A stretch of 64,000 nucleotides of DNA. It comes from Octopus bimaculoides. Lineage: Eukaryota. The position numbers and the translations under genes were made by a program. Positions 49,951 to 64,000 of this stretch are shown here, in pieces. The DNA lies in the NCBI RefSeq assembly GCF_001194135.2, contig NC_068981.1, forward strand, positions 150,546,125 through 150,610,124. Direction: 5' to 3'. Below the pieces are notes generated by a model. The model made no database searches, was not told where the DNA came from, and was given only the letters and a program-made list of their open reading frames with translations. Position 1 is the stretch's first letter, and each line of letters begins with the position of its first letter.

Positions 49951-52642
49951 AGTTAGATGAATGACTACTTTTGTATGAGTTAGAGCTACACATAAGATTA
50001 TCAATATCCAGTCAGCTTCCAGTACAATGGTTAGTATACCACTGTATTTAGCATTGTTATTAATTATGGTATACAGAGCACATGTAGTACAAAACGAAGA
50101 TAAACACAATTATAAATAACGAGATCCTACATACTTTTAACCCTTGTAGTTATTTGGATCTCAACACTGGATGTTCAAAGTGGGTCTGGATGCCTTATAA
50201 AGTGTTACCCTGATAAGCCACTGTGGTTAGGCATCAAAATGCACTTGGAACATCCGATACCAAGTTCCAAATAACTCGAACAGTGAAACATACATAGGAA
50301 CTAATCATTTATAATTTATCGTTTACTTGTTTGTCATGAGACTGTGGCGAAGCAGGGGTACTGCCTTGAAGCATTTTAGTCAAGCAAACTGACCCCAGTA
50401 TTTATTTTTTTTAAAGCCTGGAACATATTCTATCCAAACCACTAAGTTACAGGACAAACACACACACACACACACACATACATACATATATAAGACAGGC
50501 TTCTTTCAATTTCCATCTACCAAATCCACTCACAAAGCTTTGGCTGGCCTGAGGCTATAGTTGTAGAAGACACTTGCCTAAGGTGTCACACAGTGGGGCT
50601 GAACCTGGAACCATGTAGTTGGGAAGCGAACATCTTACCATACAGCCACACCTTTGCGTAGTGTTTATATTAATTTTCCACTACATATGCTCCGTACCTA
50701 AATCTAATTAGATAAAACTAATAAAACAAGTCTAACAGAACAAGGTCAATGCTGTTGTCTTGATTATTTGTATTTTTTGCTTTGTTTTTATGTTTTTGAA
50801 AGAAATAGAGAGGATTTGAGAAATATAAGAAAAACTTTGAATGAGATAAAATAAAAAAACATCACCAAATATCTATATTATATATTAGATTGTTATACAT
50901 TACACTATACTTTATCGGATTATTATACAGTATTATATTAGCTTACAGTTCTCCAGTGTGTGACTAAAGGAACTTAGTGAATTTATCACAGATTTCAACT
51001 TGTAAAATATTAATAAATAAGTTATAAATAACCTCAAAGAAATAATTATACTTTCTGACATAGACACAAAGCTTAAAATTTTTTTTTTTTACTTTTCTTT
51101 TCTTTTTTACTTTTCTATTTTTTCTTTCTTTTGGTCTTTGGGAAAAGAAAACTGGAAAATTGTAATGTTCATGTTTTTTTTTTTTTTCTGAGAGTATTAG
51201 TGTTAGTGACATATGTGAAGAGAAAAATTTGTTCTGACAGTCAGATGGTATCAGATCTCAGCCTTGGGTTGGCCGAGGGAGGAGCTTACCTCTTGCTAAA
51301 CAACACTCACTGCTCTATGGAAAAAGAAGCAGCAGTAGCAGCAGCAGTAGCAGTAGTAGTAATAGTAGTAGTAGTTGTTGTTGTTGTTGTGAGATCAAGG
51401 TTTCATTTTCGTTTTTTTTTTTTTGTTTTCTTTTTTCGAAAAATTATGTTACAAAGTTATAATCTCTTTGTGTAAAATGTTAAAATATTGTCTAAATATA
51501 TGGTGTTGCAAAATAACAAGAGAGAAAAAATAAAAAAGAAAAAAACAACAACAAAAAAAATCATTTGATGGAAAATATTTCCTCAATTACCATCATCATT
51601 ATCAATATCATTCAATAAATATCAGTTTTTATTTATTTGTTTTTTAATCTCTGCACACTGATATGAAGATGGAATGGCTTTCTATAGAAGAATCTAGCCT
51701 TTCATCAAAATCAATGGCATTTCACATCAGCAGACTGAGTAAACTGACCACATCCATAGTGATGATGATGATGATGGTAGTAGTGGTGGTGGTGGTGGTG
51801 GTAGTGAGGAAGATGATGATGACGATGATTATGGCTCACAGAATGGAATTGTTTGACTTCCATATGAGTTGTTTACATAGAAGTCAAGTTAGACAGACGC
51901 TTTATATACACAAGCTGAAGATTAGAATGTAGCAGAAATATATCATTTTGTAGATCAATATTTTACATGGAAGAAATATGTGTACTTGTACATTTGCATG
52001 ACAGTATGTGTGTGTGTGTGTGTAAGACTTATTGTAGTATGTGTGAGCACGTGTGTGAGTGTCTGTATTTGGACAAGCTGCGGATTAATGTCTCATGCTT
52101 GATGCACACCAAGTGTTGTTATGTGTATTTGTGAGTCTAATCTTAAGACTATTTGTATCAGTATTTATCTACCTACCTACATATATACATACATACATAT
52201 ATATGAACAAATATCCTTCATAACCCAGTTGTATATTATCAATGAGCTTTCAGACATCAACAAGTCACTACGGTGTTCAATTGAACAAAATACTTTTGTA
52301 GATCATTGATCACACACAACTTCATTTCAGGACAAAATGTGCCACTTGAAGCCCGCTGCTACAGCTCAAAACACACAGCATTGCAAAAATATATCTGCCA
52401 CCAAAAAAAGCTTGTATCTAGATTCTAATTTTAGCTGGAGTTTGCTTTTATTTTATTTTTTTTATTTTAATTTATATACAGATGCCTCTATTGATATTTT
52501 AAAATAGATTGAGCTATATGTAGATAAGTATTTACAGAAAATACTGTTTTTATAAATCAAGAACTGATAAGATGATATCACTGTCAGCCTTTTAGGAAGA
52601 AAACATTTTCAGTTTGTGTCCAAACTTATTATTATTATTATT

Positions 52643-52828
52643 GTTCAGTAGTTTCATTTTTATAACGTGCTTTCACTTCACTACCGAGCGCAGCTCTGTA
52701 CGCCTTGGGTATGTGCTGTGGTTTGCTGTGGTGCTCTTATGGTTACTGTATTGAAAGTGTTTTGCGTAGGATGTGTGTTGTGCCCAGTAGTGCAATTTTC
52801 TGTATGTTGTTTATATTTGTAAGTCCTC
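52643..52828 (-). mobile_element. R4/Dong-like LINE extreme 3' fragment
   Basis: LTNINNIQKIALLGTTHILRKTLSIQ* plus 3' UTR. (TAA)n on both sides in the sense orientation. Confidence 0.78.
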
Positions 52829-53670
52829 ATTATTATTTTTATTTATAGATAGCTGCTCCATAAACAAATGTGTATATGTTTTAAAACTATAAAGTAGACC
52901 TATACCCAACAACGCTATATGGGTTCAGTCAGGGTCAGCTTTCGGATGATTGGACTAACCGATGCCTATAAAGGCCTACACTTACTAGGTTTTATGAAAT
53001 GCACCTTTCAACGGATCATTCAATATGATTTCTCCTTCACTTCTATACAGTTTTGCATATGCAAAATAGGAATAAAATTTAGCATGGATCCTCTTGGTAG
53101 CTTTCATATTAACCTAGATTTCCAATCTAAGAACCTCAATTGGGTTAGTGCTCTAAAGAAGAGCCAGCAAAATATTTTCCAATTAGATCCTACAGTTCTT
53201 TGAGCTGCCTCTGGCTTTAGTCATTTAAATATAATATATATATACATATATATAATCACAAAGCAGAGAAACATCTGATCTAAAAGTTATTACATCTTAA
53301 AACAATATTTTATATTATATGTTTAATTATTTTATTAAGTCGCAGAAAGTCATCTTAAAAAATGACATAGCATCATATCAGCATTTTACCAAACATCTTT
53401 TATTTCATTTGCCTTGTTATTTGTTATTTTTTGTTTTTTTTTTGTTATGTTTTGTTATCTTGCACAGCATGTGGTCATCATTGAAAGCAAGGCCACAAGG
53501 GCCAACAATCAGCACTTGGTTGAAAAAAAAAGAAAAAGAAATAAAATAGAAAGCAACATTTTTCTCCCCTTCCACCCTTTAAAAAAAAGTGGGGATAGCA
53601 AGGGTAAAATTCTTACACCTCCTGCATAAATTAATCACTACAAAAACAAAAGAAACCATTGCTTCTAGAT

Positions 53671-53809
53671 CAAGCATGGGCAACCTTTATTGAAGAAGCT
53701 GGCTGCAAGGCTCATCATCAAGCAGACTGCACTACTACAATATTTGTAGTAATTTTTCATTTAGGCATGCTATTCAGAGAGACATGCAGGCCAAGGTTGC
53801 ATATGACTG
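53671..53809. mobile_element. Old 139-bp hAT (Charlie-like) MITE
   Basis: caagcatgggcaacc ... ggttgcatatgactg, with TSD TTCTAGAT at 53663-53670 and 53810-53817. Confidence 0.82.
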
Positions 53810-55130
53810 TTCTAGATCATGATACATTTGGTTAAGGTCAAGTTAACGAACATCAAGTCAAAGATAAAGCTTTCCAATTCAGTGACTGACTTACAAGACA
53901 TAACAACATATTTAACTCCACCAATGTTTGATATGTCTACATATATATATATAACAGAACAGAATATTTTATACTTCACTTCCAAGAAGTATTTGATGAT
54001 AAACTTTCCAAACAGCTAAAACATGGGAGGTTAAAACAGGTATTCTTTCATATTCTGGAAAGCATGTCTTTTCTATGGGGGGCAAAAAAAAAAAACAAAA
54101 AAAAAAAGGAAGAAAATCCAAAAACTAAAACCAATTGTATAAAGGAACAATTGAAAGACAAATTTGGTTGTATATTCTTTTTAGTGTTGTTGATTTTCAA
54201 TCCTCACAAATCTGAATGAAAATGTTTTTAGTTTTCATTTTGTTTTGTTTTCTGTGAATGTGTGTGTAGTCAACATATTGTACATTCCAGTAAATATGTT
54301 AATCAATGTTAGATGTGTGTGTGTGTGTGTACGATTGAGTGAGTGAGTGAGTATGTAAGTGAGTGAGTGAGTGTCTGTGTATATGTACATGAAAAAAAGA
54401 ATTATGAAATACGGATGAATAATTTCCAGTGTTATATATATTTCTTTGCTAAAAGATAAAAAGAAGTCTGTGAAAGGGTAAAGAAGAACCATTAAAATCC
54501 CCAACTAACTGCAATATTTCATTGCCAGGAATAACATTTTCATTTTCTCAAAGATCACTGATGATTTAAAAAAGAGAAAGAATTATGCAGAATTTCCATT
54601 TTGGTAAACAGACTTTTCAGAATAATTTATAGAAAAGAAGAAAAAATAACCTAAGAAGTTGTCTGGGATAGTTAAAATGACTAAAATATATTGCTTTAAT
54701 CCCCATAATTATAAATATTAAGATAATTATTTTTAGAGTTTTTCTGTAATTTTGTCAGAAATATTTGAATCAAAATAAAAATAACTCTTATTAATTAATG
54801 TGTTTCTGCTGATAGCATGGACATTTATGTTTTAGAAATGAATAACTTTTGATAAGGCACAAGGCCAATATTTCTGTAGAGAAGCACTGTACAGTCAACT
54901 ATTTCACTCAGTCTATCAGAATGTATTTAGTTGACCTCACAGAAGTAGCTATCAAAAGTAAATTCAAAGTTGGCAGAATTTGAACCCAGAACTGAGAGTG
55001 ACAAATATTAAATTAAATCATTCACATTGATGTGAAACAATTTTCAAGAATTCCTAACCACCCTTTATTTTTAACTGAAATTTACCAAATCAAAATTTGA
55101 TATGTATGCATGTGTTGTTTTTCTACTTTA

Positions 55131-55178
<48 letters not shown>

Positions 55179-57003
55179 TTTTATCTGTTGAAGGAAATAT
55201 GAAGAAAGAACAAGATATAATTCAAAGTAATTATGTAGTTAATAGCTAAATACTAAATTAATAGATAAATAGAAAGAAGTATAAAAATAAAATTTAGCTA
55301 AATATTACCAAGAAAACACTTTTACTCTAAAAATTAATTCCATTTTTTTCTTTGTATTTTTTTTTGGTTTTGTTATATATATTTTTTCAAATTGGTGAAA
55401 TGAAGTTGAAAGTTATTTTACAATTGTTTTACTTCAAGATAAATTACTCCAAGAGAAAAAAGGGGAAAAAAAAAAGAAAACAGAACATTGTGCAGAGATG
55501 TATGTTTTACTTTGAATAAAGAGGAGATAGAACAGCCTAACTCTTCAGTTGAAAATTTTCTGCCAAACTTTATTACTCAACTATTTTAAACGTGTTTCAA
55601 GAACAATAATGCAATATCAACACTTTTGGATACAAAATTTCTGGGGGTTTTTTTTTTCAATAAATAATGATAAAATCAGAATAAATAAGACAAACAAATG
55701 TGACAATATGTAGTTATAACAACACAGAAATATGATGTAATTTCAATGATTAACATACAAGTGTGTAACAAATACTGATTTGAAGAAAATACTGTCACCT
55801 ACAGAATATGGTTAATTATTAATTAAGAAATAATTAAGAAGACTAAAAACAGACAGATTTTGATTATAAATATGTTTCCTAAACCCAAACGGTGTTTTTT
55901 ATGGGTTGGAAATTATCACTAGTTTCATAGCATGAATCAGATGACACACAAATCAACCCCTGGTTAGGGCATTAGTCTACTGGAGGTCAAATTCTGGGCC
56001 ATATTCCTGGCTGCTAGGAGAAATGGGGCATTATAAGATAAGTGTTCTATCCAGAAACACAACATAATGCCTGCTGTGGATTTTTGAGGTCACAACCACC
56101 TACAAACAAGTAGTTGCAAAACCTTATCCTTTTCCACTACAACATGTAGGATAAAGCCTGGAATCTGAGTGGTCTGGATCTGTGATGGCAACGATAAACC
56201 AAAAAAAGAGAATTCATTGAATTTTAAATAAATTCAGCTGCTGTTAGTATTTTGTCAGATGTTTCAGACTCTTGTTCTTCAGGAAAGAGTAGTAGAAGAT
56301 ATGAAAGGACCAAAACCCAAATTGTTAGTCTTTCCAATCCTCACAGCAAAACGATTTATCAGATATTCCACAAACTCTCCTATTCATAACAACATGTAGA
56401 CATTTTTATTCTATAAATAAACAATAGGGGGGGGGGGGGAATATATAAAAAAATAAAAATCAATTTTCTTTCATGAACACTTAGTGCCATCAGACTGAAA
56501 CAAATGCTAAACATGTCAAACATTTATGTGTTACCTATTTCACTCTACACTAGGATGATACAGGTTTTAAAGTAAGGATCTTTAACACCTAACACCCACC
56601 AATATGTGAAGAAGAAACATATAAAATACAAATTTGCTTAATAAGTAGGCATGAGGAGTTGTATTTTGAAATGAGAGCACTTAACCCAAAGTTTCATGTT
56701 TGAGAAAAGTAACACATACGTACATACATACATATACATCTATACATACATACATACATTCAAACTGACTAGAATAAATATCATTTGTCAATGGTGTTAT
56801 TTCTTTGTTATTAATGTTTTCATTCTCTCTCTTTATTTTTTCCTTATTGTTTTTTTGTTTCCATTACCCACATACATACATACATACATACAAACACACA
56901 TGTACACTCAGACAATCACAAATAGTGAAAGAAGGTTGCTAACAAACATAAAATTTGTTTAATGTAATAACAGCATATATTGATGTGATTGCTACCCTCA
57001 TAT

Positions 57004-57068
<65 letters not shown>

Positions 57069-57996
57069 GTGATTGAGAAAAACACAGGGTTTGATAAAAT
57101 ATGTACATTGTAGCAATGCCTTTGTTTAAAGCTATATATAACTATCAAAACAAAACTTAACTATCACCAATAAAAATTATTATCAAACAAAAAAATGAAA
57201 TTATATACAAACAAACCCAAAAACACAATAAAAATTCTCAGAGAGATACTGATGACATTTTTATTTTACTCCCCTTGTTTTTTATTTTCATATAGCAAAG
57301 AAGGTTTTCTATGTAGCTTTCTTTCATCCTATTTAATATTCATCTTTTCCTTTAACCCTTCAAGGAAGCAATAAAATATAGTAGCTAGGTCACCAGAACT
57401 GATTAGTTTATTCCCCAAAATTTGAGACCAAGGGTCTGTAGCATTATTATTATCACTGTTAGTATTCTTGTTATGGTGGTGAGCTGGCAGAATCATTCGC
57501 ATGTCATACAAAATGCCTAGTGGTTTGCCTAGTCATATTTCTTCTGACTTGCTATGTTCTGAGTTCAAATTCTGCCAAGGTCAACAGTGCCTTTCACCCT
57601 TTTGGGCTTTACAAAATAGACACCAGTAAAGTACTAGGGCTGTTGTAATTGACTAACCCCCCTCCCATTAAAAGTGCTGGCCAAGGGCCAAAATTTGAAA
57701 CCATTATTATTATTATTATTATTATTATTAATATTAATATTATTACTATTACTACTATTGGTTTTTTTTTGTTGTTTCTTTACTGCCCACAGGAAAGACA
57801 AGTTTTATACCAATCTCTTTTGTACCTTTTATGTAGGTGCTCATGATCCATAAAGAAACAATTATTTTCCTTTTTTTATTTTCATTTACATTGTTAGTTT
57901 TCTATGCATTTGAAATGCAATTTTTTTTTTTAACCATATTAAGGAAATCTTCAAAAATCAGTTTGACAATTCAGATGATATTCAGATGATATTTAG

Positions 57997-58038
<42 letters not shown>

Positions 58039-60124
58039 TACTGAAGAAGTTTGTTTTAAAATGTTAAAGAAATTGCATTTCATGAATATGGAAAAATCTG
58101 ACTACACGCAATGAATAACAGGGGCGATAACTTATCAAAAGAATTATCTCCCTGTACAAGTCTTTTTAAGTACTGAAATTTTTTTTCTCTGTTACAGTAA
58201 ATTTTTAACTTGTAGAAAATAATAACAAGGGGAGGCTTAAAAGAAAACAGCAGTAAAACAGTAAATAAAGAAAATAATAATAGGCCTGCACGTTATCGCA
58301 ATGTTTGTGCTTTTGGCTTCATTATTAAATAATTTAATTCTTAGCCTGGTGATAATTTTTTTTTATCAATGAATCTGATAGTTACTCACAACTTTAAATA
58401 AAAAGACCTGTAATATATACAAGACTTATTTTAACAAACCTCTCCATCACTCCCTTTCTTCTTTTGATCATTATTATTATTATTATAATTATTACTTAAA
58501 GCAGTTTGATTCAGTTCCATGCAACACAAATCTTCGTTGGCTCCTCACAAGAACCTAGTCCATTGGCCACCTAAGCCAAATAAGCTACGTTCCAGTAAGA
58601 AACCTACATGTTTTTCAGTTGCATGGGGATGAATCAAACTGTTTTCAATGAGTGCCTCTTTCTTACATTTGTCCAGTCATATATATATATATATGTATAT
58701 ATACCAGGGCTGCCAAAACATACACATCTATATATGCTGTAAATGCTTTGTAAAATTTTCTTATGGCTAGTAATCTGCTGGCACTTTTTGTACTCATGGA
58801 CAAGAAACAAACAACTACAAGAAAAAAAAAAAAGAAGAGAAAGAACGACAACAATAATAACAAAGAAACAACACCACTGAAAAACAAACAGTAGTTATTC
58901 AAGTCAATTTGTATCATCAGGCTACAAATTGTAGCCATTAACACAACACAGTAAAGTTGGCCTTCCTTTTTTTTTTCTTTTTTCTTTTTTTATCATTTTG
59001 AGAAAGGAAGACACTGTACAATTTCTAGCATTTCTAACAACACGTGGATGAGATCTATTTTATTCATTCATTCAAATGTCTTGTTCTTTAATTTTGTTGT
59101 TGTTGTTGCTGATGTCAAGTTGGGTCGGGTTCTTTGCATTTTTTGTTTTATTTTAAACGTAAGTTTTCACACTATGCATGCACATGTGTGTGTGTATGTG
59201 TGTGAGGTTTTATATATTTACTAATGAGTATGTCAAAAAAAAAAAAAAACATTTTGGTAAGTCTCAAAAATCCTGGATCATATGTGAGAGAAGGAAAAGT
59301 AAGAATATAAATATTTGAAAGAAGTCAATAGATAAAGGTAGTTAAGTTAAGTTAATAAATTGATTAATTAATTATCAAGGAGTTGGGAGGAAGGGCTAAC
59401 TGATTACATTAGGCAGATTACAGGGGACAACATTGAAGGAGTGTTTTAAGAGAATACAGTACAAGAAGGAAGACGTGAACAATTGATGAAATTCATACAA
59501 ACTTAACTGCAGTTTTTACATGAACATGAAAACCCCCTGCAGAGAAATGCAGGGAGAAGTACCAATTATGTTGTGATAACGCTGTATGTTTTCTGCTGGT
59601 CATAACTGACTTTGTATTCCCTTCACTGACTCGTCACTAAAGAGAAGAAAGCTGTAAATGAAAAGAAAGAAATGCAGTATTAATTAATTGTTTTATTTTT
59701 AATTTACAAAAAATATAAATAACACAAAATTAAGTTTAAACATTTAAAGTTCTGTCTTTTTTACTTATCTCATTCATTGGTCTACTCAATAAGGACAAGA
59801 CTCAGGACAAACAACAACTATATTGATTTGTTTTAACTCAGTAGAAAGCCAGTTTGTGTAAATGTATATGCATCAAATCTCATATAATTTTGGTTCAATA
59901 TTTTTTAGCAAATACAGAAAGGCTTCATCTTTATATCCAATAGATCAAAATAAAATATTATGTTAATTACAAAATATCGTAATATAAATACAGTGACATC
60001 TATTTTAACAGAGGATGTCTAATAGGATTGAAACATATTCACAGTTGCCTCCCTTACTTACCATGATATTTAAAATATTAGTCATTGAATTAATGTTGAC
60101 TTTTTCTCACAGTATAGATATTTT

Positions 60125-60786
60125 GGATCTTGTTCAAAACGGGGGCACCAGTATTTTCTTAACGAAACACTTTGAAACTTGGGACACTGGTAGAATGTGT
60201 CATATAAAACATCTTTTTCTCTTAGTCTTCTTAACAAAAAAACGTACATCGCAAGTTATTTCATGTTAAAGTTGTCGTATTTCTGTAATTTCAACCAATC
60301 ACTGACGTCTATTCAGCTGTATACATTAAGTGCTGACTACGTAAACAAACGATTCTCGCGGTGATAAAATTATTATTTCCTTGTCATAAAATGGCTGAAG
60401 CATATTGGCAGTAGCTAATAAACCTTTGTATTATAGGCACAAGGCATGGTTTTTGAGGGAAGGAGCAAGTCAATTAGGGTTAGGGTTAGGGAAAACGAAC
60501 ACACGTGTGTTGCCTCTGCAAAATGTCAGAAGTAATGGAGATTAAATACACTTTACACCGCTTAAACTGCCAAAGGAGTAAGTGTAAACAGCTGAATACC
60601 TGTCAGTGATTGGTTGAAATTATCGAAATAAGACAATTTTTTACATGAAATAAATTCGAATACAAAAATTATTTTCTGTTCTATAACACAAAATAGATAA
60701 GTATACGAAGTTTGAAAGTCTTTCGGTACCAAAAACACTACATAAAACATAAATGAAAACTGGTGCCCCCGTTTTGAACAAGATCC
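60125..60786. mobile_element. Second member of the foldback family seen at 24663-25438, with a different 28-bp TIR
   Basis: Perfect TIR GGATCTTGTTCAAAACGGGGGCACCAGT. Sub-terminal arms are near-identical to those of 24663-25438. Internal TTAGGGTTAGGGTTAGGG at ~60475-60491. Confidence 0.88.
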
Positions 60787-62898
60787 GATATTTTTAATGA
60801 CACTGTCGATGACTACTTCTTTAAATACATTTACAATAACTTAACTATTGCTTTTTTATGTGGATGGCATCTCTTATTTATTAAACTCGGTAATATTTTT
60901 TCTTTAATCACATGCTAATTTTAATCACAGTACATGTTCACACTAACCTTACAATAATATATTAGTTCAAAATTTATTATGCTAGCACTCACCAGCTCTT
61001 ACAATTATATATGAAAAAATCAATTGTAACATATTCACACATTTAATGTATTTCTTTGTATCACAATACAAAAGCTGTTAAGAAAACACATCATCAAACA
61101 ATTGTACTACATTATTTAGACATGTGAACCCAACAGCATATATGTTTTCTGTACCAGTAAAGGGATAAACTTACCCCATCTCACAATATCATTTACATTT
61201 TGTGAAATTCCTTTTATCTTTATGCAACAACGGCATGAGAAAATGAATAGCTTACAACTTGTGGACTTAATTCAGTTTCCTTCAGTGTTACTTTTTCTTT
61301 ATTTTTTCTATGTTATTACATTTGTCTTTGTGTGAGTAACTTTGCTTTCCATTCTCACCAAGGAACAAATATAGTCAGGTTAACATTTTGGACTACTGAT
61401 TACATGGCATCATGTATTCTTAGGATATTAACTTCAGATGTTGGGCTGTACCACTAAAGAAGGTAAATTTACACAAGGTAACTAACACAGGTATTTCTTT
61501 TTCTTACTGTTGTTGTTATCTTGAGGCCAACCCCTGAATGAGCAAATTTTTTTTAAAAATATTATTTCATAAGGCATGGTAAGACTTTGCAGATATTTGG
61601 ATACTATTGCAAGCAATTTAACTGAAAATTTAGAGGCTTGCTATCTGAATGGTTAAATAAAAAAAAAAAAGGCACAAGGGGCAGCAGGCATGGGAATTAA
61701 GTATTAATAGGGTGAGTACAGAACTGGGATGTTGATAAGACACACTGTAATACTGATAAGGGAGTGAAATATTAAGGTATTGAGAGAGCAAGAGTAAGTC
61801 TATGGATACTGGTGTTTATTTCCTGTATCCAGTGCTTATTTCCTGTAGCCAAGAATTGATAAGATAAATATTATTTGTGATAAGGATACCAGTTATAACT
61901 GGTGCCTTCTCCAGTTGAATCACAAATCACTTCTGAAAGATATTAAATCATTACAGCAGTGAGTTATTCCAACCTTGCAGTTACTACAGAGATCTAGTTG
62001 GATTAGTCTATTATAGAGTTTAGTTTCTCAACTACAGAGACACTTCACTGGCTTTGAAGAAGAACAGTGAATTGCTTAGTTGATTGTTTTGCATCCCATC
62101 AACTAACTCTTCAATCGTTTGTGTCACAAATATAATACACATTCATGACAATCTAGCAGAAGTGACCAATTCAGCATACAAATCCACATATGTCTGGACA
62201 TGGGGGCATTGGACAGTTTGATATCTCAACCATACAGACAATACTGTGAGAAGAATACTAAAATTTTTAGTTGATTGTTTTGCAGCCAGCTAACTAAGCT
62301 TTTAAGTAAATAAATAAACTTTAAGTAAATAAATTTTGAAAGGTTCAAAATGTTAAGAAATTCTTGTGTATTTAAAAATACTGCTGTTCGTATGGTTTAG
62401 CTACCCTACCTTTCAAACCCACTACATTTGACTAGCCCTATCACACACACCTATGATTAATGGGATTCCAGCTATAATTATCTTATCCTTTTTATTTTTA
62501 GCCATTGTGTATCCAGGACTGCAATAGTCTATGTCCTTTTTTTAAACCTGGTAGAGTGTGACTGGAAGAAGACTTTGTTACTATTTTTAGTATCTTGAGC
62601 AACCAGAGAACAGATGATTCATCAGTTCATGTTAAAAATATTAACTGAAGAGGTGAAGGTATTCTACCATGTTAAAATCTTTTCTGGCTCATCATCATCA
62701 TCATCATCGTTTAACGTCCGCTTTCCGTGCTAGCACGAGTTGGACGATTTGATTGAGGACTGGTGAAACCGGATGGCAACACCAGCCTTCAAAATTATTT
62801 AACAATAAATATTAATGAAAAATTTTCACCTTTCATTGTTTCAAAAAACATTACCAAAAAATGGACAGAATAGAAACAGAATCAAACCTTGATAGTGG

Positions 62899-63165
62899 TC
62901 ATGTGTTGGTCGTTTTGGTTTCCTGACTTGAACTGGAAGCAGCGTGTAATGAATCTGCCACTGTCGTGCTTTCTGTCACTGTGTTGCTACTGATAGTTGT
63001 AGGAGAAAATTCTCCCGCTGGTGTTTCTGGTGGAGCTGGCTCTGGAATCTCTGTTGGGCAATCTTTGATGTGTGACATTTCTGGTGAGTAAGGGGCCATA
63101 TCAAAGCTTGCAGTGGACAGACGCTCACTTGGAGGAGACACAGTAAGTAGTTGGTCGTCACTGTT
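62899..63165 (-). CDS. Probable terminal coding exon of a gene extending beyond the right end of the window (S/T/P/E-rich C-terminus)
   Basis: Acceptor aatttctttgcaactgCAG at 63166-63167, then an 88-codon open frame NSDDQLLTVSPPSERLSTASFDMAPYSPEMSHIKDCPTEIPEPAPPETPAGEFSPTT...QETKTTNT*. GC-richer with retained CpG compared with its flanks. Protein not recognised. Confidence 0.65.
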   Translation of the reverse strand, partial: NSDDQLLTVSPPSERLSTASFDMAPYSPEMSHIKDCPTEIPEPAPPETPAGEFSPTTISSNTVTESTTVADSLHAASSSSQETKTTNT

Positions 63166-63922
63166 CTGCAGTTGCAAAGAAATTATAGAATTACAAATGG
63201 AATATTAGAATTTAATGAAGAATTTCTTACATAGGTTAAAGGCCTCTACTTTATAGATATTTCACTGGACATATACAACCCTCAACCTCTTTTATCCATA
63301 TCCTTCAAACTCTCTTGCTCATCACTAGACATATGTAAAAAGGAGATATGAGCTACACGTGTACTCCAAACAATCCAACATTACCCTTCCTATACTTCCA
63401 TATATCACTCCTTCACTCCCATCACATTATTGATAACCATCATTCACTCACTCTCACTATTCCACCACCTCTATTTACTATTCATTAATCTCTCTCATCT
63501 CAATCACTCTGTTTCTATCATCACACACATGCTCACTTCACCTACCCACCCTAGTTCTTCTGTGATTGCTCTCTCTCTCTCTCTCTCTCTCTTCTGTTCA
63601 CCTGCTCAGCCATGTAGACCTGACTGAACAAACACATTATAATGAGGTTTTAATCGTAGAGTATACAGGGCAACTCAACTAGTGTTGGTGTCACTATAAA
63701 ATTCAAGACACTCAGTATGGTAGTTGGTGAATGATCAAAAACAAGGTGATGATGACCTCTCTGGTGTTGGTGCCATAAAACAGTGCATGCACCTAGTACA
63801 CTCAATGAAGTAGTTGGTAAAAGGAAGGGAAACCAGCCATATAAACCATACCAAACCATACGAGTAATACAAGGTCCTCTGGCCCACCAAAGAAGACTGT
63901 AACTATACATGGTTACCCAGCC

Positions 63923-63962
<40 letters not shown>

Positions 63963-64000
63963 GACAGAAACAGGTGTGCTGCTAAAACAGATAAAGGTGT

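Overview
AT-rich, microsatellite-dense, gapped (many N runs) animal genomic DNA. It is most likely from an octopus or other coleoid cephalopod, inferred from SINE families recognised from memory rather than a database search. No prokaryotic genes, CRISPR arrays or intact rRNA/tRNA genes are seen. The left ~28 kb retains CpG and is mostly transposon fossils: three zinc-knuckle ORF1/gag-like pieces with no ORF2, RTE and CR1-type LINE remnants, an R4/Dong-like RLE-LINE 3' part, a Tc1/mariner transposase pseudogene, hAT MITEs and a foldback element with a mirror-image TTAGGG core. The right ~36 kb is CpG-depleted and looks A-rich on the + strand, consistent with methylated gene bodies transcribed on the - strand. 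It holds one fairly convincing terminal coding exon (62899-63165, -) and several uncertain small exons. The most notable signal is a set of minimal Penelope-type hammerhead ribozyme motifs: one inside a tRNA-headed SINE that is flanked by an inverted copy of its own ribozyme tail (24240-24590), a second family copy at 12043-12160, and an unrelated hammerhead in the loop of a long inverted repeat (4039-4321).
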